Positions 31,491 through 44,379 are shown, counted from the stretch's first letter. The stretch: 64,000 bases of DNA from Macrostomum lignano (GCA_002269645.1 NIVC01001690.1:134537-198536); one strand, 5' to 3'. Program-made: numbers and translations. Notes: generated by a model from the letters alone, not told the origin.

Positions 31491-32975
31491 AGGCAATCTG
31501 CGCCCCTTCCTTTTCGAGAAGGCAACAAAGAAAGGAATAAATTTTTTTAATATACTACTCGTACATTCAGCTTTTAACCTTGTGCAGTGTTGCGTCGCGC
31601 ACTCTTGCAGTGCAAGTGCACCTTGTTTTCCAGGTTTTCTAATCTAAATCAAACCTCTGAGTCTGAGTCTGAGTCTCGTCTCGTCCCTCTTTTGTTATTT
31701 ACTTGAATCACCCCTAATTGTGTATGCCTCAGCCAGTTGGTTTGTCTTGTCTCTTATTGTGTGCGATGATTGGCTTGTCATCTGATTCTCGCGTTCTGCG
31801 CTGTGATTGGCTGGTGGGGGTCAGGGCCGCCGGGGGGGCGGTTTAGGCTGATTGGTCGGGGTGGAGCTCTCCGCCTGCCTCTCCCCATTGCGCGCCTTGT
31901 CTTATTTAACAGCAGAAATACCAAGTAGGAATTCCGCCAGACGAATCAGTGGAAAGCAAAGAACTTGGTGATGCAGCCCAACTGCAAGAGTTTAGTGAAT
32001 TCAGACGAGTACAGAAGTAAAACTCGATCAGGCCAGCAGGAATCCTAAGATCGGCCAAAGCGAATTCGCCAACCTTAGAAACTCGAGTACAGGACATTCG
32101 TTGTAAGGAACTTTTGCCCGAACACAATACTAACTAGCAAGTCAAAAAGACTATTATTATTACACCATTCAGCGACTCCACCGGCGCTATGATGTTATTA
32201 AACTAATTAATAAGTCATGACTAAATTATAGACTCGCCTATTATCTTATCTGATTGTCAATTCAATTGCCCTTTGCCACGCGCGTAATCAACATAATCAT
32301 CACTTCATAACCTACACAGATTGTGGGAGCATTTTAAAATTTAATCTAATCAGTTATAAATTACCATGATATTAATCGGGTAAATTAGTGATGTGATGCG
32401 TAATTACTCGCAATGAGTGTGTTTAATTGGAGTCTCCTGTCTTACTTTCGAATTTGATGTCACACAGTAATATGAGTCATGACCACTTAATTAATTGGGT
32501 TAAAAAGTGCACTATAAAAGTGGCCCTGTTGATTCTGCAAGTCCAAAACATCGAATTTACTTGCAAGCTACTTTCAGTTTAGTAGCAAGTTAAACAGAAG
32601 CATTTTAATGTGTTTTTAAAGCCAAGGCGCTCATTTTATTGGCTCTTACGCCCCTCCCCCGCCTAAAACCTCCAACCGCGCCTTTCCACACTACCCCGCC
32701 TGCCTTTCTTGGAATTTCAGCCTAAAGCTGCCATGTACATTTCAGTGGACTGGCTAATGTACATTATTGCTGAACCAATTAGCAAGGTTGGGCTTGTAAA
32801 CTTATCAATGTCATTTCAACTGCTTTTATTTTTATAAAATAGTTATGTATTCTTCTTTGCTACTGAACTGAAATTAGAAAGCTGTTTTACTAAGTAGCTC
32901 GTAATATATGTGCCTGAGTGGCCTTTCAGTATCTGTGGTTCGACCAAGGAGTTTCCCAGCGTGCCATAGCCTGCA

Positions 32976-33890
32976 TGGGAAAGTCGAAAAAGTGCGTCCA
33001 GCAAGTACTCAGGCGCCTAAGCAGCACTGGCTTATATGCCCCATGACCTGGCAGGCACCGAAAACTGACCACCGAGCACCGACTGGACTGGATCGACGAA
33101 TTGTCTGAGTCCAACCGTCGGCTCACCGCTGTGGACATCAGCCGTGAACTTCTGGTATCCATTGGCGTCCAGCTGCAGCCCGACTGTCCGCCGCCGTCTG
33201 GTAGCTGCTGGACTGCATGGCCCGCATTGCTAGGAAGAAGCCATTTATCTCCGACAAAAACCAGAAGCGGCGCTTGAACTGGGCAAAGCGGCATGACAGC
33301 TGGAACACCCCAGGACTGGGCCAAGGTCATCTGGAGTGACGACGACGAGAGCAAATTTTCCCGCACTGGTTCTTATGGCCACCGGTTCTTGCGCCGCCGG
33401 GCTGGTGAGGAATTCGATCCCAGGTGCACTGTTGGTACCATGCATGAAGTATGGAGGTGGCATGGCAATGCCATGGTGGGCTGCATTCTCCAGAGCTGGA
33501 CCCGGGCCAATGACTCGCATTGAGGGCATCGAGAGTCAGAAGTACCGTGGGATCCTCAGCAGTCACCCACCAGAGGCAGCAGCAAATGCCAGAGGCGCCT
33601 ATGCCCACCAGAGGCAGCAGCGAAGCACACCTCCAAGGTTGTAAAGGCATGGCTTGCTGAGAACAATATCCGCACCGGCCAGCGCGTCACCGGACCTCAA
33701 TCCGATTGAGAATCTGTGGAACTGGGTCGAGCGGGACATCCAGATGCAGCAGCCAGCTTCCCTTGATCAGCTGTACCGTATCATTGAGTGGGCTACCATC
33801 CCCGGCAGAAGTGTGCCAGAAGCTGGTTTACAGCTTGCCTAGGCGGTTGCAATGCTGTGATTAAGTCAAAAGGACATGCTACAAAGTATT
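32976..33890 (+). pseudogene. Tc1/mariner (Tc1-like) transposase, multiply frameshifted
   Basis: MGKSKK start; GRIARKKPFIS; WAKVIWSD(DD)ESKF; KYGGG; KHTSK; SPDLNPIENLW; KGHATKY end. The pieces lie in different frames and TIRs were not resolved. Confidence 0.88.
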
Positions 33891-34115
33891 GGAGTAGTTA
33901 GTTGGATATCAGTGACATTTACTTTACTTATTTCTCTAAGTATTTATATATGGTCTTATTTCAATGTTAAACCCATAAGTGTGCTTCCTATTCAAATATC
34001 AGCTTTTTGAACTAAAAAACTGCTGAACAGAAGTGAACGAAAATGCTATAAAATTAATTTAAAGTAATATTCCTACAAGTTCTACTTCAAATTTAGAATC
34101 TAGCTTAAATACCAG

Positions 34116-34291
34116 TCTAATGACTCAGACTAGCTATTTAGTTTTGGCGAGAGAAAAACGATGCACTTAACTGAGCCGACTGCTCAATTCAATATATTTA
34201 TAGGCACGAGAGTATTACGTAATAAGAATATTGCTACGAATTCATTGACCAAGCCAGCCGTACATTATTACCGAGCAGAGCGTACACTACA
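34116..34291 (-). repeat. 3' LTR (176 bp)
   Basis: Matches 38644-38810 with ~5 substitutions and a 9-bp indel. Confidence 0.9.
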
Positions 34292-34536
34292 TCTCTCCTC
34301 ATATCGGTTTAAAAGTGCAACTGCAAAAGGTTTTTTTTAAAAATGAAAGATACCACAAATAAATATTGCAAAGAAGAAACATTATTCAACAAAATGAGAC
34401 ACTATCTGACACAAAATGTTACTGATTATAGTGCATTAGTCAGAGAATGACAATCTTTTCGCAAGCTCGCGATGCAAAAGCAAAATCAAAGCGCACCCAA
34501 GGATATTAGCGTCAGTCTGCCAAGCGCGAGTTATAG

Positions 34537-37500
34537 TTAAACCCTATAGTTCACTCTCACCTTGGCCTCTCGGGGGTGTGGTCGCAGCGCAATTGGAGAG
34601 GTCGCGGGTTCGCTCCCTGCAGCTTGTAGGATCGGAGGTGCGGGCTCCCCGACAGGAAAATCGGGCTCAGTATCCGGCGCTACCCGCTTCAGGTCAGTGC
34701 AGTGCCGCCTGAAAACTCTGGCGCCCTGCCGAATGGTCATCGAGTCGCCCTTGACCTTCTCGACCAGCCAGGGTGCCCACTCGAACGGAGTCTCGCCCTT
34801 GAGCGGATTTAGTCGGCGCCGCAGCACTGTGTCGCCGACTTTGAGACCGTGCGGTCTCGCCTGCCGTTGCTTGTCGGTGTAGCGCTTGCTCTTTGCCTTG
34901 CTGCTGGCGTCCTGCTGTCGGAGCCTCCTGTCCGCGATGGCCACTGGTCTCGACGGCCTGACTGACGGGATGGCGTCGTTTGGGACGCGCCCCATGAGAA
35001 GCTCGGCTGGTGCCCGGTTGGTGGTTCGCTGCGGCATGCAACGGTAGGCCAGCAGCCACTCGTCAAGGGCCGCCCTCCAGTCGCGCTTCTGGGCAATGGC
35101 AGCTCGTACAACCTTATTGATGGAGCGGTTCAGGCGCTCGGTGATGCCGTTGGCCTCCGGATGCAGCGGTGTGATGAGACGCTGCCGGATTCCGTAGCTG
35201 TCCAGAAAGCCTTTGAACTGGGCCGAGGAGAACGGCGGGCCGTTATCGGTGACCAGTACCTGTGGGATGCCGAATCTGGCGAACGAATTCCTCGGCTTGG
35301 GAATCAGCGCTTCGGCCGTTGTGGTCTGGACGATCTCGACTTCAGGGAAGCGCGAGTAATGGTCGACGCAGACGAGCAGCATGCTGCCTTGAATGGGGCC
35401 CAGCAGGTCTGCCCCTAGCGTCAGCCATGCAGCTTTCGGGATTGGCGTCGGCTTATGCGGCGCCGCGGTCACGTCGGCCGCGTGCGACGTTGCTGCACAG
35501 GCTCGGCACGCACGCACAAAGAGCTCCGCTTCTGTCTGCATCCTCGGCCACCAGACTTTGGTGTTCAAACGGTCAACCGTCTTGCGCATGCACTGATGAC
35601 CGCGTTGTGCCAGGTCCAACACTAGGCGCCGAAGCACCATTGGAACTACGATCCGCTGGCCCCGCAGGAGCACGCCATCCGCTGCCGATAGCTCATCCCG
35701 TAGGGTGTGAAGCGATCGCATCTCCGCCGACTCGAGGCTCCATCGTCCTGTCTCCAGCGATCGAATAGCTGCTTGAATTGTTGCATCTTGCAGCGAACTA
35801 TCTTGCACTGAGGACAGCGACAGCGCATTCGGTATGGCCGCCTGGACAATTGCAGCGATGCAGAGGGTGTCGAGCTCCTCGCCGACATTTCGTCCTTATG
35901 TTGGCAGCGGCTGCCGGCTCAGCACGTCCGCTGGGTTTAGTGGCCCAAGCTGGTATTCGACTGTGAATTTCATGTGCTGAATGCAGAGCGCCATTCTTTC
36001 GATCCTCGGGGGAGGCCTTGAGCCACTGCTGAACAATGCGATGAGCGGCTTGTGGTCCGTCACCACCGTAAATGTCGGGGCGCCGTGGAGATAGTACTGA
36101 AATTTCAAACAGCCGTATTTGACGGCCAGCGCCTCCTTCTCAGTCTGGGAGTAGCGCTGCTCGACACCGGACAGCGTCCGGCTGGCGTACGCGACGGGCC
36201 AGTTGGTGCCGTCCGCTTGCGTCTGCGTTAGGATCGCGCCCAGGCCCGTTGGGCCAGCGTCGACGATGAGTTGCGTCGCTAGGCGGTGGTTGAAGAAGGC
36301 GAGGGTGCCGCTGGCCGCAATCCGGGTCTTGACGTCGCCGAAAGCTTTTGTTTCTCGAGGTCGGTCCATGCCCAGGGCTCGCCTTTCCTAGTCAGATTGC
36401 GCAGCGGCCTCGCTAAGTCCGCCAGCCCGGCGGTGAATGAGGCCAGATAGTTGACCAGGCCTAGGAACGAGCGCACCTCTGTGGCAGCCTTTGGCTCGGC
36501 GAATGCGTGGATGGCCTCCAGCTTGGACTGGGTTGGTCTGACCCTTCACGAGACAGCCGCATCCCCATGAATGTGACCTCGGTACGGGCGAGCTTGCATT
36601 TTAACGGATTTAGCGTCAGCCCGTGCTGCGCGAGTCGTCGCAGACATGCCTGCAGGTTGCTGTGGTGCTCCGCCGCGCTGTGCCCATACACGATGATGTC
36701 GTCGTGAATCCATTTTACTTTCAGGAGTCCAGCTAGCACGGATGACATGACCGCCTGGAGAATTTCCTGGGCCGTAGACAGTCCCATACAGAGACGTGTC
36801 AGCCGCCGCAGGCCTCGTGGCGTCGAAAAAGTCAGAAGATGGCGGCATTCGTCGGCGACTGGGATTTGATAAAATACCTTCGCAATGTCGAGCTCTGAGA
36901 ATAGCTGCGCCCCTGCCATGTCTCCCGTCACCTCCTCGAATGTCGGGATGGGATGCCGCTCTCTAATGACCGACTTGTTCAGGTCTCTCAAGTACTGCGT
37001 AATCCTGATCTCGCCTGGAGTCTGCTTGGGCACGACGACGATGCGAGCTACACACTGACAGGGGCCTTCAACCGGCTCGATGATGTCTTGGTCCTCGAGG
37101 CACTGTAGCTCGGCGTCGACTGCCTGTGCGAGATGTATTGGCACCCTTGATGGGGGATGACAGACCGGCCTGGCTCCCTCTTCCAGGAAGATGCGGGCGG
37201 CATAGTTTTTGAGCCTGCCGATTCCGCTGAAGACTTGTGCGTTCTCCGTCAGGAGTTCGTCCAGGGCCGGTGCCCCCGGCGCATGTAGGACTTCCTTTGG
37301 GATCCCTGCTAGCAAGCTGTCTAGCGAGACCTCGGGATACGGACGCAGCTGGCATGCCACCTTGTTCTCCGGGCCGACTCGCAGAATCTGAAGTCTTTCA
37401 GCGCTTCTCCGGCCAATGATGCAATGATGCGTCGAGCACCAAGAACGGTAGTGTCTCGTGGATCTCGAACACGCTGACTTGCAGGTCTGCCTTGCCCAGC

Positions 37501-37700
37501 AGTCTCAGTGGCTCTTGGCTTGTCGCTGGCGGGCTGCAGCGCGGCTTTTTGCGGCATCCTGTCGTAGGCCGCCCTGTCGATGATGTTGCAGGCCGCGCCG
37601 CTGTCGATGAGCACATTTGCCTTGAGCTCGTTAATGGTCGCAGGCGTCCAAGCTGAGCCGCAGTTCCGCAGGGTAAATAGCTCGTGCTCGACGGGGTCGT
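34537..37700 (-). pseudogene. pol: protease (LIDSGA), RT (IHDDIIVYG), RNase H (VDAGPTGLGAIL, EKEALAV, TDHKPL), integrase (GADLLGP, TDNGPPF, NGITERLN); frameshifted
   Basis: ORFs 37398-37616, 36461-37360, 36279-36476, 35896-36369 and 34537-35808 carry consecutive domains. Confidence 0.92.
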
Positions 37701-37789
37701 TCTGCAGATATTCGATTCGTCCTGGCGGAGCGCCCTCCTGCGGTTCGTTAACGGTCCTCAGAGGGACTTTAGCTGCTCCTCGGCACGCC

Positions 37790-38573
37790 CGAGCGAAATG
37801 ACCTATCTTTGCGCAGCGTCGACACGCCTTGTTGCGGGCTGCCTCGCACGTCCGATGCCCTGGCCGCCCGCAGCGATCGCAGTTAATGCCGCTGTCTCTT
37901 GCCGCGGCAGCCGGCTTGGTTGAATGCGATGGTTGGTTACGAGGTGGGCGCAGCGCCGCCACATTCGAAGCGGAAGGATGGCCCGTGTCGGCTGCGGTGC
38001 CGATTTCCATGGCCTGGGCCTGCCTTCCTGCCTGCCTTCCTGCCTGCCTTCCTGCCTGCCTTCCTTCCTCGCTCTGATTCGCTTCATAACGTCGTCCAAG
38101 GAGACATCGTTGAGCTGCAGGAGTTCCCTCCTGATCCTCTCGGACCGGTAATGAGTCACGATCTTGTCCCTGATGAGCGAGTCTCGGAGTTCGCCGAATG
38201 TGCATTGGTCCGCAGCCTTGCGTAGCCGATGGTACCAGGCCTCAATTGACTCTTCTTCCTCCTGCCGGCAGATTTCAGATTGTTACCTGAGGAAGACAAC
38301 GCTGTTCTTTTGGTCGAAGGTTCCCTGCAACTCTTTGATGAGCTCCTCGGCGGATTCTCCTTTCTCCACGCCGTTATCGTCCATGAAGTCTTCCAGCTTC
38401 TCGCCTGCTGTGTAAACTAAGAGTTTCAGCTGCTGTGTCGCATCTGTGATGCCGGCTGCGCTTATGTAGCTGTTGAACCTTCGTGTCCATGTTTTCCATC
38501 GCTGAGCTCTTGTCAGAGGATCGCCTTCGAGGTTAAAGACGTCTGGTGCCGCGAGTTGCAGGGCCTGTGCCAT
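37790..38573 (-). pseudogene. gag with two CCHC knuckles; premature stop near 38283
   Basis: WKTWTRRFNSY; ESIEAWYHRLRKAADQCTFG..LIRDKI; CDRCGRPGH and CRRCAKIGHFARAC. Confidence 0.88.
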
Positions 38574-38643
38574 ATTTGCTGAATCACCGGTCGCTATCAG
38601 TGCGCGGGGGGGGTGGGCCTCACAGAGTTTGCTTGCGACGCCA

Positions 38644-38810
38644 TGTAATGACTCAGACTAGCTATTTAGTTTTGGCGAGAGAAAAACGATGCACTTAACT
38701 GAGCAATTCAATATATTTATAGGCACGAGAGTATTGCGTAATTAGAATATTGCTACGAATTCATCGACCAAGCCAGCCGTACATTATTACCGCGCAGAGC
38801 GTACACTACA
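38644..38810 (-). repeat. 5' LTR (167 bp)
   Basis: TGTAATGAC...ACACTACA on the plus strand; adjacent PBS. Confidence 0.9.
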
Positions 38811-39387
38811 ATATCAGTCCCTTATCTACTATACGCAACGTCATTGTCTGTAAGAAGACACATAGAGGCCATTATTTCAGCGTGCCGGAAGCGGTCATTA
38901 TTTCACATTTTTATCACGCCTCAATTGACTGTTTTGAGAGTTATTTTACCCATAGACGACTGAGATGTGTGTCTTATTTTGACCATAGACAACACTGTGA
39001 TGAGTGCTGATTTCGTTGCGTCTTGCAAGAAGTCAGGAAAGCGGGTAGTACGAGTACGAGCGTGTAGGGCGTAGGCCGTGCGCTGCACTCTCTGCCCCAC
39101 ATTATTATTCATGACTCATTCTCTCGCCTAAACTTGTTTACCAATTCTCGACCAATCGCGCATCGCTGCACCCCACCCCACAATATTGACTAATAATTAT
39201 ATTGAGTAAACACAGCCATACAGAGGCCACCTTTTCGGCACGCAAACCCAGACTACACAGAGCGTAAAAGCTATTTGTCTTGTCAAAAAACTATGGCTGG
39301 TGCATCTCGTCAAACGTGCAGCCCCGCTTATTAATTGGAAGAATCTTCTTGTCGACGACTGAACGAACCGTGCGACCTATGCTTCAG

Positions 39388-42300
39388 GTGGTGGTGGGGC
39401 ACCCCACTACCGGGCGCGCCTGGCGCGCCTCCCAACGCTGCCACCTTCTCGCGGTGGGACCGACTGGGCGCCCGCCCAGCAAAGTGCAGCAACACCCCGG
39501 ACCCTGGAAAGAGTGCAGAGCGCGCTTTCGGCGGGTCATTACCACGTCGGCATTCTTTTACCAAGCTGGCCCTGGCTCCCCAGCCCACCTCAGCCAGCTT
39601 CTCATCCGGGTTGGAGACATCGACCAAAACCCGGGACGAGCCTTCCCGTGCGGAGCCTGCAATCAGAATGTCACCCGCAAAGACTACTCCACCCGCTGCT
39701 CCTCTTGCCTTCGCTGGTGGCACCGCCGTTGCAGCAACCTTAGCATACCCGAAATCAACAACATCGGTCGTGACCGGAGACCCTGGCGGTGCGCAAACTG
39801 CCGTCAGCCGACGGCACAGACGGACAGCCCAACGCCGCCGCCTGACCCACCTAGCCCGCCAAACCCGCCTCCCCCGGTCCACCGTCGGACTGAAAACATG
39901 GCCACGTATCCGACCGACGGGACTCCGCACGCTAAAAACGCTAAAAACAAAGACAATGCAAATTTCCGCATCATACAACTCAATGCAGCCAGCCTCAGAG
40001 CTCGACGCCTCGAACTCCTCCGATTCCTCGAAGAACACCAAGCGGACATTGCCTGCATCCAGGAATCGAATCTGTCGCCCACGTCTCAGGTCCCGGCAAT
40101 TGGCCGGCCGTAGGGACCGCGCTATAAACCGCGACGGTGACGCCACTGCCACTCCCCACGGAGGGGTCTGTTTTCTTGTCAAGGAAGGCGTGGATTTCGC
40201 TGAGTACCGTCTGCCGCAGATAGACGTGACCCGCACTGCATCTGAAGGCTCGGCCATCTCGCTTAACGATAAACGGTTACCACGCCCAATTCACATCATC
40301 AGCCTCTACCTCCCACCGGTTCGAACCGCCGATGGGCGCCCTGACGGCTTCGACCCGGACTGGCTCCCGACCGGCCCGAACGTGCTCATCCTCGGAGACA
40401 TCAACGCGCACCACGGCATGTGGGAGGATAACTGCGACTCTGAAGACCAGCGAGGCTCCGTTTTCGAAGACTGGGCTACCACCAACGACTACGTGGCCCT
40501 CAACGACGGCGGCCCAACCAGAGTCAACGCCAGAGGCATCACCAGCAGCCCCGACGTCTCCTTCGTCCCTGCCAGCTGGCAGGACAAGCTGGAATGGAAC
40601 ACCGGCAAACATATCGGATCTGATCACCTGCCCATTATCATTGACGTTATTAACCCAAAGCCGCTCCCTGTGAAAAACGACAGGAAAAAGAGGCACACTC
40701 GCTTGGCTTATCACAAAGCAGACTGGGACAAATACCGTCTTATCATCAGCGAGCGCCTTAAAAACTGGACCGCCAGACCACCAAAGACTGCCACCGGAGC
40801 CGCCAACAAGCTCACCGACGCGATCATGGACGCGGCCCGCAAAGCGATCCCGCAGGGATCCCGCCGCGCCCCTATCGCCTGGTGGTGCCCAGAAGCAGAA
40901 GCAGCGTGCGCGGCCAGGCGCCAGGCGCTAGAAGACCTCCGAGCCAACCCCAACGACGACCAACTCGCCCAGGCGTTCCAGGAGGCGGCAGCACACGCCA
41001 CCGCCACCATCCGCAACGCAAAGGAAGCCCTGTGGAGCGACTTCATCAGCGACAACTCCAGCGAGCTCAAGTCGGCTGACCTTTGGCGCATCATCCGCGT
41101 CCTCGACGGCCGCACCGCGGCCTCCCGCCCATCAGGGGCGATCCAAAACCCACAAGGCCACTCCGCCACCTTCGACCGCCAGAAAGCCGATCTTTTCTGT
41201 CAAGAGTACGCCAATGTCGCCAAAATCCCGAAAGACAAATCTGCCGACAAAGACATCCGAAACGAAGCCAGAAGAGCTGTGCGGGACACCTGCAGCTGCC
41301 AAAACCACCGGACGGGCCTGTGCGCCGACTTCCCGATGGAAGCTCTGACCAGAGCCATCAGAGGAGTCCCCAGCAGATCGGCACCGGGCAGCGACGGCGT
41401 TTCGAACTTAATGCTCAAAAATCTGCCAACTCAAGGCCTGGAACTGCTGCTGCTCGCCATCAACATCACCTGGCGCTCCGCTGAAATACCGGCAATGTGG
41501 CGTCTGGGCGATATTCGCCCGATCCCCAAACACGGGAAGGATCACAGCATCACGGCGAGTTTCCGCCCTATCTGCCTTCTCTCTTGCACTGCCAAAATCG
41601 CTGAACGGCTCGTTAACGAACGCCTCACCTTTCATCTGGAAGAGAATAAACTGCTAAATCCAGCCCAAGCCGGCTTCCGCCGGAGCCGCTCCACCGAGGA
41701 GCAGATCACAGCTGTCACCCAATACATCTTCGACGGCTTCCAAGCGCAGAAACCAGCGAAGCGGACCGCCCTACTCTTAGCTGATTTCTCCAGAGCATAC
41801 GAGCGAGTGTGGCGTAAAGCCCAAATCGCCAAGCTCCACAGGAAAGGGACGCCCACGTGCATGAACCGGTGGATTAAAAACTTCATCAGCGATCGCCGTG
41901 CCCTCGTCACCTGGGACGGGGCCCGCAGTCGCGTCCGGATCTTCACCGAGGGCCTACCGCAAGGATCCGTTCTCGCCCCGACGCTCTGGGACGTGTACAT
42001 CGATGACCTGCTCGACGACGCCCCTGAAAACGTCCTGGCGGTTGGATACGCCGACGACACCACCTTCAGCGGGCGCCCAAGGCCACAACCTCAGGGAGTG
42101 CGAGTCGAAACTGCAGAGAGCGGCCGATTGGCTTGTTGCCTGGTCCCAAACCTGGAAGGTGGACCTCAACAAGTCCAAATCGGTCGTTTCCTTCTTCTCC
42201 CTCGACCCCCGCGAGGTCAACGGCAAAGCGAGACCGAACATCATGCTCGGCGACGTCCAGGCCTCGTACGAATCCCACCCCAGACTCCTGGGCGTGCACC

Positions 42301-44379
42301 TCGACTCCCAGCTCACGTTCCGGCACCATGCGTCGGTCCAAAAACAAAACCTCCAAAAGAGGACCAACGCTCTCCGCTGCCTCGCCGGGCGTGACTGGGG
42401 CCAGGACCCAGGGCTCCTGTCGCAACTCTACAGAACCTACGCCGAGTCGGCTGCTCTCCACGGCGCTGCAGCCTGGTTAAACTTCGCGTAGGACGCCTGC
42501 AGACAACTGGTGGAATCTGCTCACAACGAGGCTGCCCGTGTCATCTCAGGGTGCTGCAAATCTACGCCGACTGCCGCGCTCCTTATCGAAGCCGGACTCC
42601 AACCCCTGGCACACAGTGCGGCGGCCGCGGCAGCGACGCTCCTGGACAAAACGCTTCGCCAACGTCAAGCCACCCCGCTCCGCAACATCGCCGACAGAGA
42701 AGTCACTCCTCGCATCCGCGCTCACGGCGGAAACGGCAACTTCCGCAGATGCTGGCGCAGGTGTGCTAGAGAGCTGACCCACAGAGTCGGACTGGCCGAG
42801 CGCCAAATCGAAACCGAAAACGAGCTGGTGCCACCGTGGTGTTCCTCGACAAGTTTTCACATCCAAGACTCCCTCATTACTAAGTGTTCCCGAGACGACC
42901 CATCGCATGTCCGCAGGGCCGCGGCGCTGGAGACCCTAGCGTCGCTCCCCCCGCAGACCTGGAACTCTGGACGGACGGCTCAGCATCAGGAGGCACTACC
43001 AACGGCGGAGCAGGAGCCGTACTCTACACCCGCGGTTCGCCGACGCGCATTCTCAGAGCACCGGCGGGGAGCCTGACCTCGTCCTTTCGAGCGGAAGGCA
43101 CGCGAAGGCGTATTCAGCATGCCAGTGAAGTATGAGACAGACTAGGCCCATGGGCTAAGGTCTGCGATGCTTCACGCCTGCCCCTATCTTCAGCAGGTCA
43201 AGGCTGGTGGGAGGTCTGCACCCTCTATTTGCCTCTGGCAGCCGCAGACCCCCCCCCCCCACGCTGTCTCGCAAGTCGACCCAGGGTACTCGTCCCCGCG
43301 TGTGTTCAAGGCAGTCCCTAGGGCTGCTGGACAGACTGGGCTCTGGCGCTGGCGACCCTATCCAGTGGCTTCGGCCGAATTTGGGTATGCGGGTCTGGCT
43401 CGCCAACCTGCAGGCCGTGGTACTGCTCAACGTACTCTCTAATGCCTAAGGTGTTGACCGTGCCGATGGGCTGGAAGGCTGGGGAGTAGTCCGGTCGCAA
43501 GCGGTCCCCCTCCTGGTGTCGGGCCAGCCTTGAGGGTGCTATTGGCCTACTGCCCGGTCAGGTGGAGCGGCCGGGTGGGTACCGCGCCCCTTTGAGGGTA
43601 GCCCACCAACCTTTTATCATATCCGAGCGGAAGAATGCGCGCTTAGGCTCGGCCTTCAGGCAGCGTTTGACGATCTGCCGTGGCCGGGAAACCGCGAGCT
43701 GCGCTGCGAGACTGACTCCCAGGCCCTGCTCCGCTGCCTCAAAGGCGGCCCCAGCCCGCGGCTTTCCCCGTGCTGCCGCGACATCCTGCGCATTTTGGGA
43801 CGCCTACCGCCAGGCCACCACGTGACCCTGCAATGGGTCCCGGGCCACTGCGACCTTCGTCGCAACGATCTCGCCGACGCCACTGCCCGCGCTGCTGCCA
43901 CTCTTGATCAGACCAACGCACCTCTGGATCACCGCAGCGCGCGCTCTGCCATCCTGGAAACGGCCCACAACGACTTCATCCAATTGTACAAGGCAAACGA
44001 GCACTGCAGCACCCACCGCACCTGCACCAACGGACGACGACCCAAACAGAAAACTTCCATGAACCGTAAGGACAGAGTCCTGCTAGCCCAGCTACGCACT
44101 GGCCACTGCCCGATACTCGGACAGTACCGACACCGCATCGGGCTGGAACTGGAGGCCACCTGCCCAGCCTGCGGGGAGGCCCCGGAGGACCTCAAACATC
44201 TGCTTCTGGAATGCCGCAACACAACCGAGACCAGACGACAAATCTTGGGCGAGAACCCGACGCTGGCCATCCTCTACGACGACGGCCCGCGCGCACTGCA
44301 CTTTCTCCAGGCGGTAGGGGCGCAAACCCGCCCCCCGGATATTAACCCGGCCGGGAACTAACAACAACAACAACAACAA
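39388..44379 (+). mobile_element. Full-length Ingi-like (I-group) non-LTR retrotransposon: 2A-like motif, PHD, APE, RT, RNase H, CCHC; (AAC)n tail; disrupted by frameshifts, a stop and an insertion
   Basis: TSD CCTATGCTTCAG at 39376-39387 and 44380-44391. PHD (CGAC..CSSC..WHRRC..CANC), APE (IQES, LGDINAHH, SDHLPI), RT (QAGFR, PQGSVLAP, YADD), RNase H (TDGS, TDSQA, WVPGH, NDLAD) and C-terminal CPACGEAPEDLKHLLLEC. Confidence 0.92.
43098..43623. mobile_element. Unclassified 526-bp insertion inside the LINE RNase H domain
   Basis: Exact 10-bp TSD CGAGCGGAAG at 43088-43097 and 43624-43633. Removing it restores SSFRAEECALRLGL...TDSQAL. Confidence 0.85.

Larger units (their letters stand above)
34116..38810 (-). 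mobile_element. Ty3/Gypsy LTR retrotransposon (Mag-like), full structure but decayed
   Basis: LTRs at 38644-38810 and 34116-34291 (TG...CA on the minus strand). PBS TGGCGTCGC next to the 5' LTR; PPT GAGGAGAGA next to the 3' LTR. Domain order gag-PR-RT-RH-INT. Confidence 0.93.

Noticed and set aside
31760-32127. Gene at ORF 31906-32127 with nearby CCAAT boxes
   Set aside because: No recognisable motif, splice pattern or codon bias.
39280-39387. ORF starts at 39280, 39335 and 39331 as LINE start codons
   Set aside because: They lie outside the TSD-defined element boundary (39388).
43190-43215. Hammerhead ribozyme in the 526-bp insertion (CTGAAGA on the minus strand)
   Set aside because: No downstream stem II plus GAAA core could be built.
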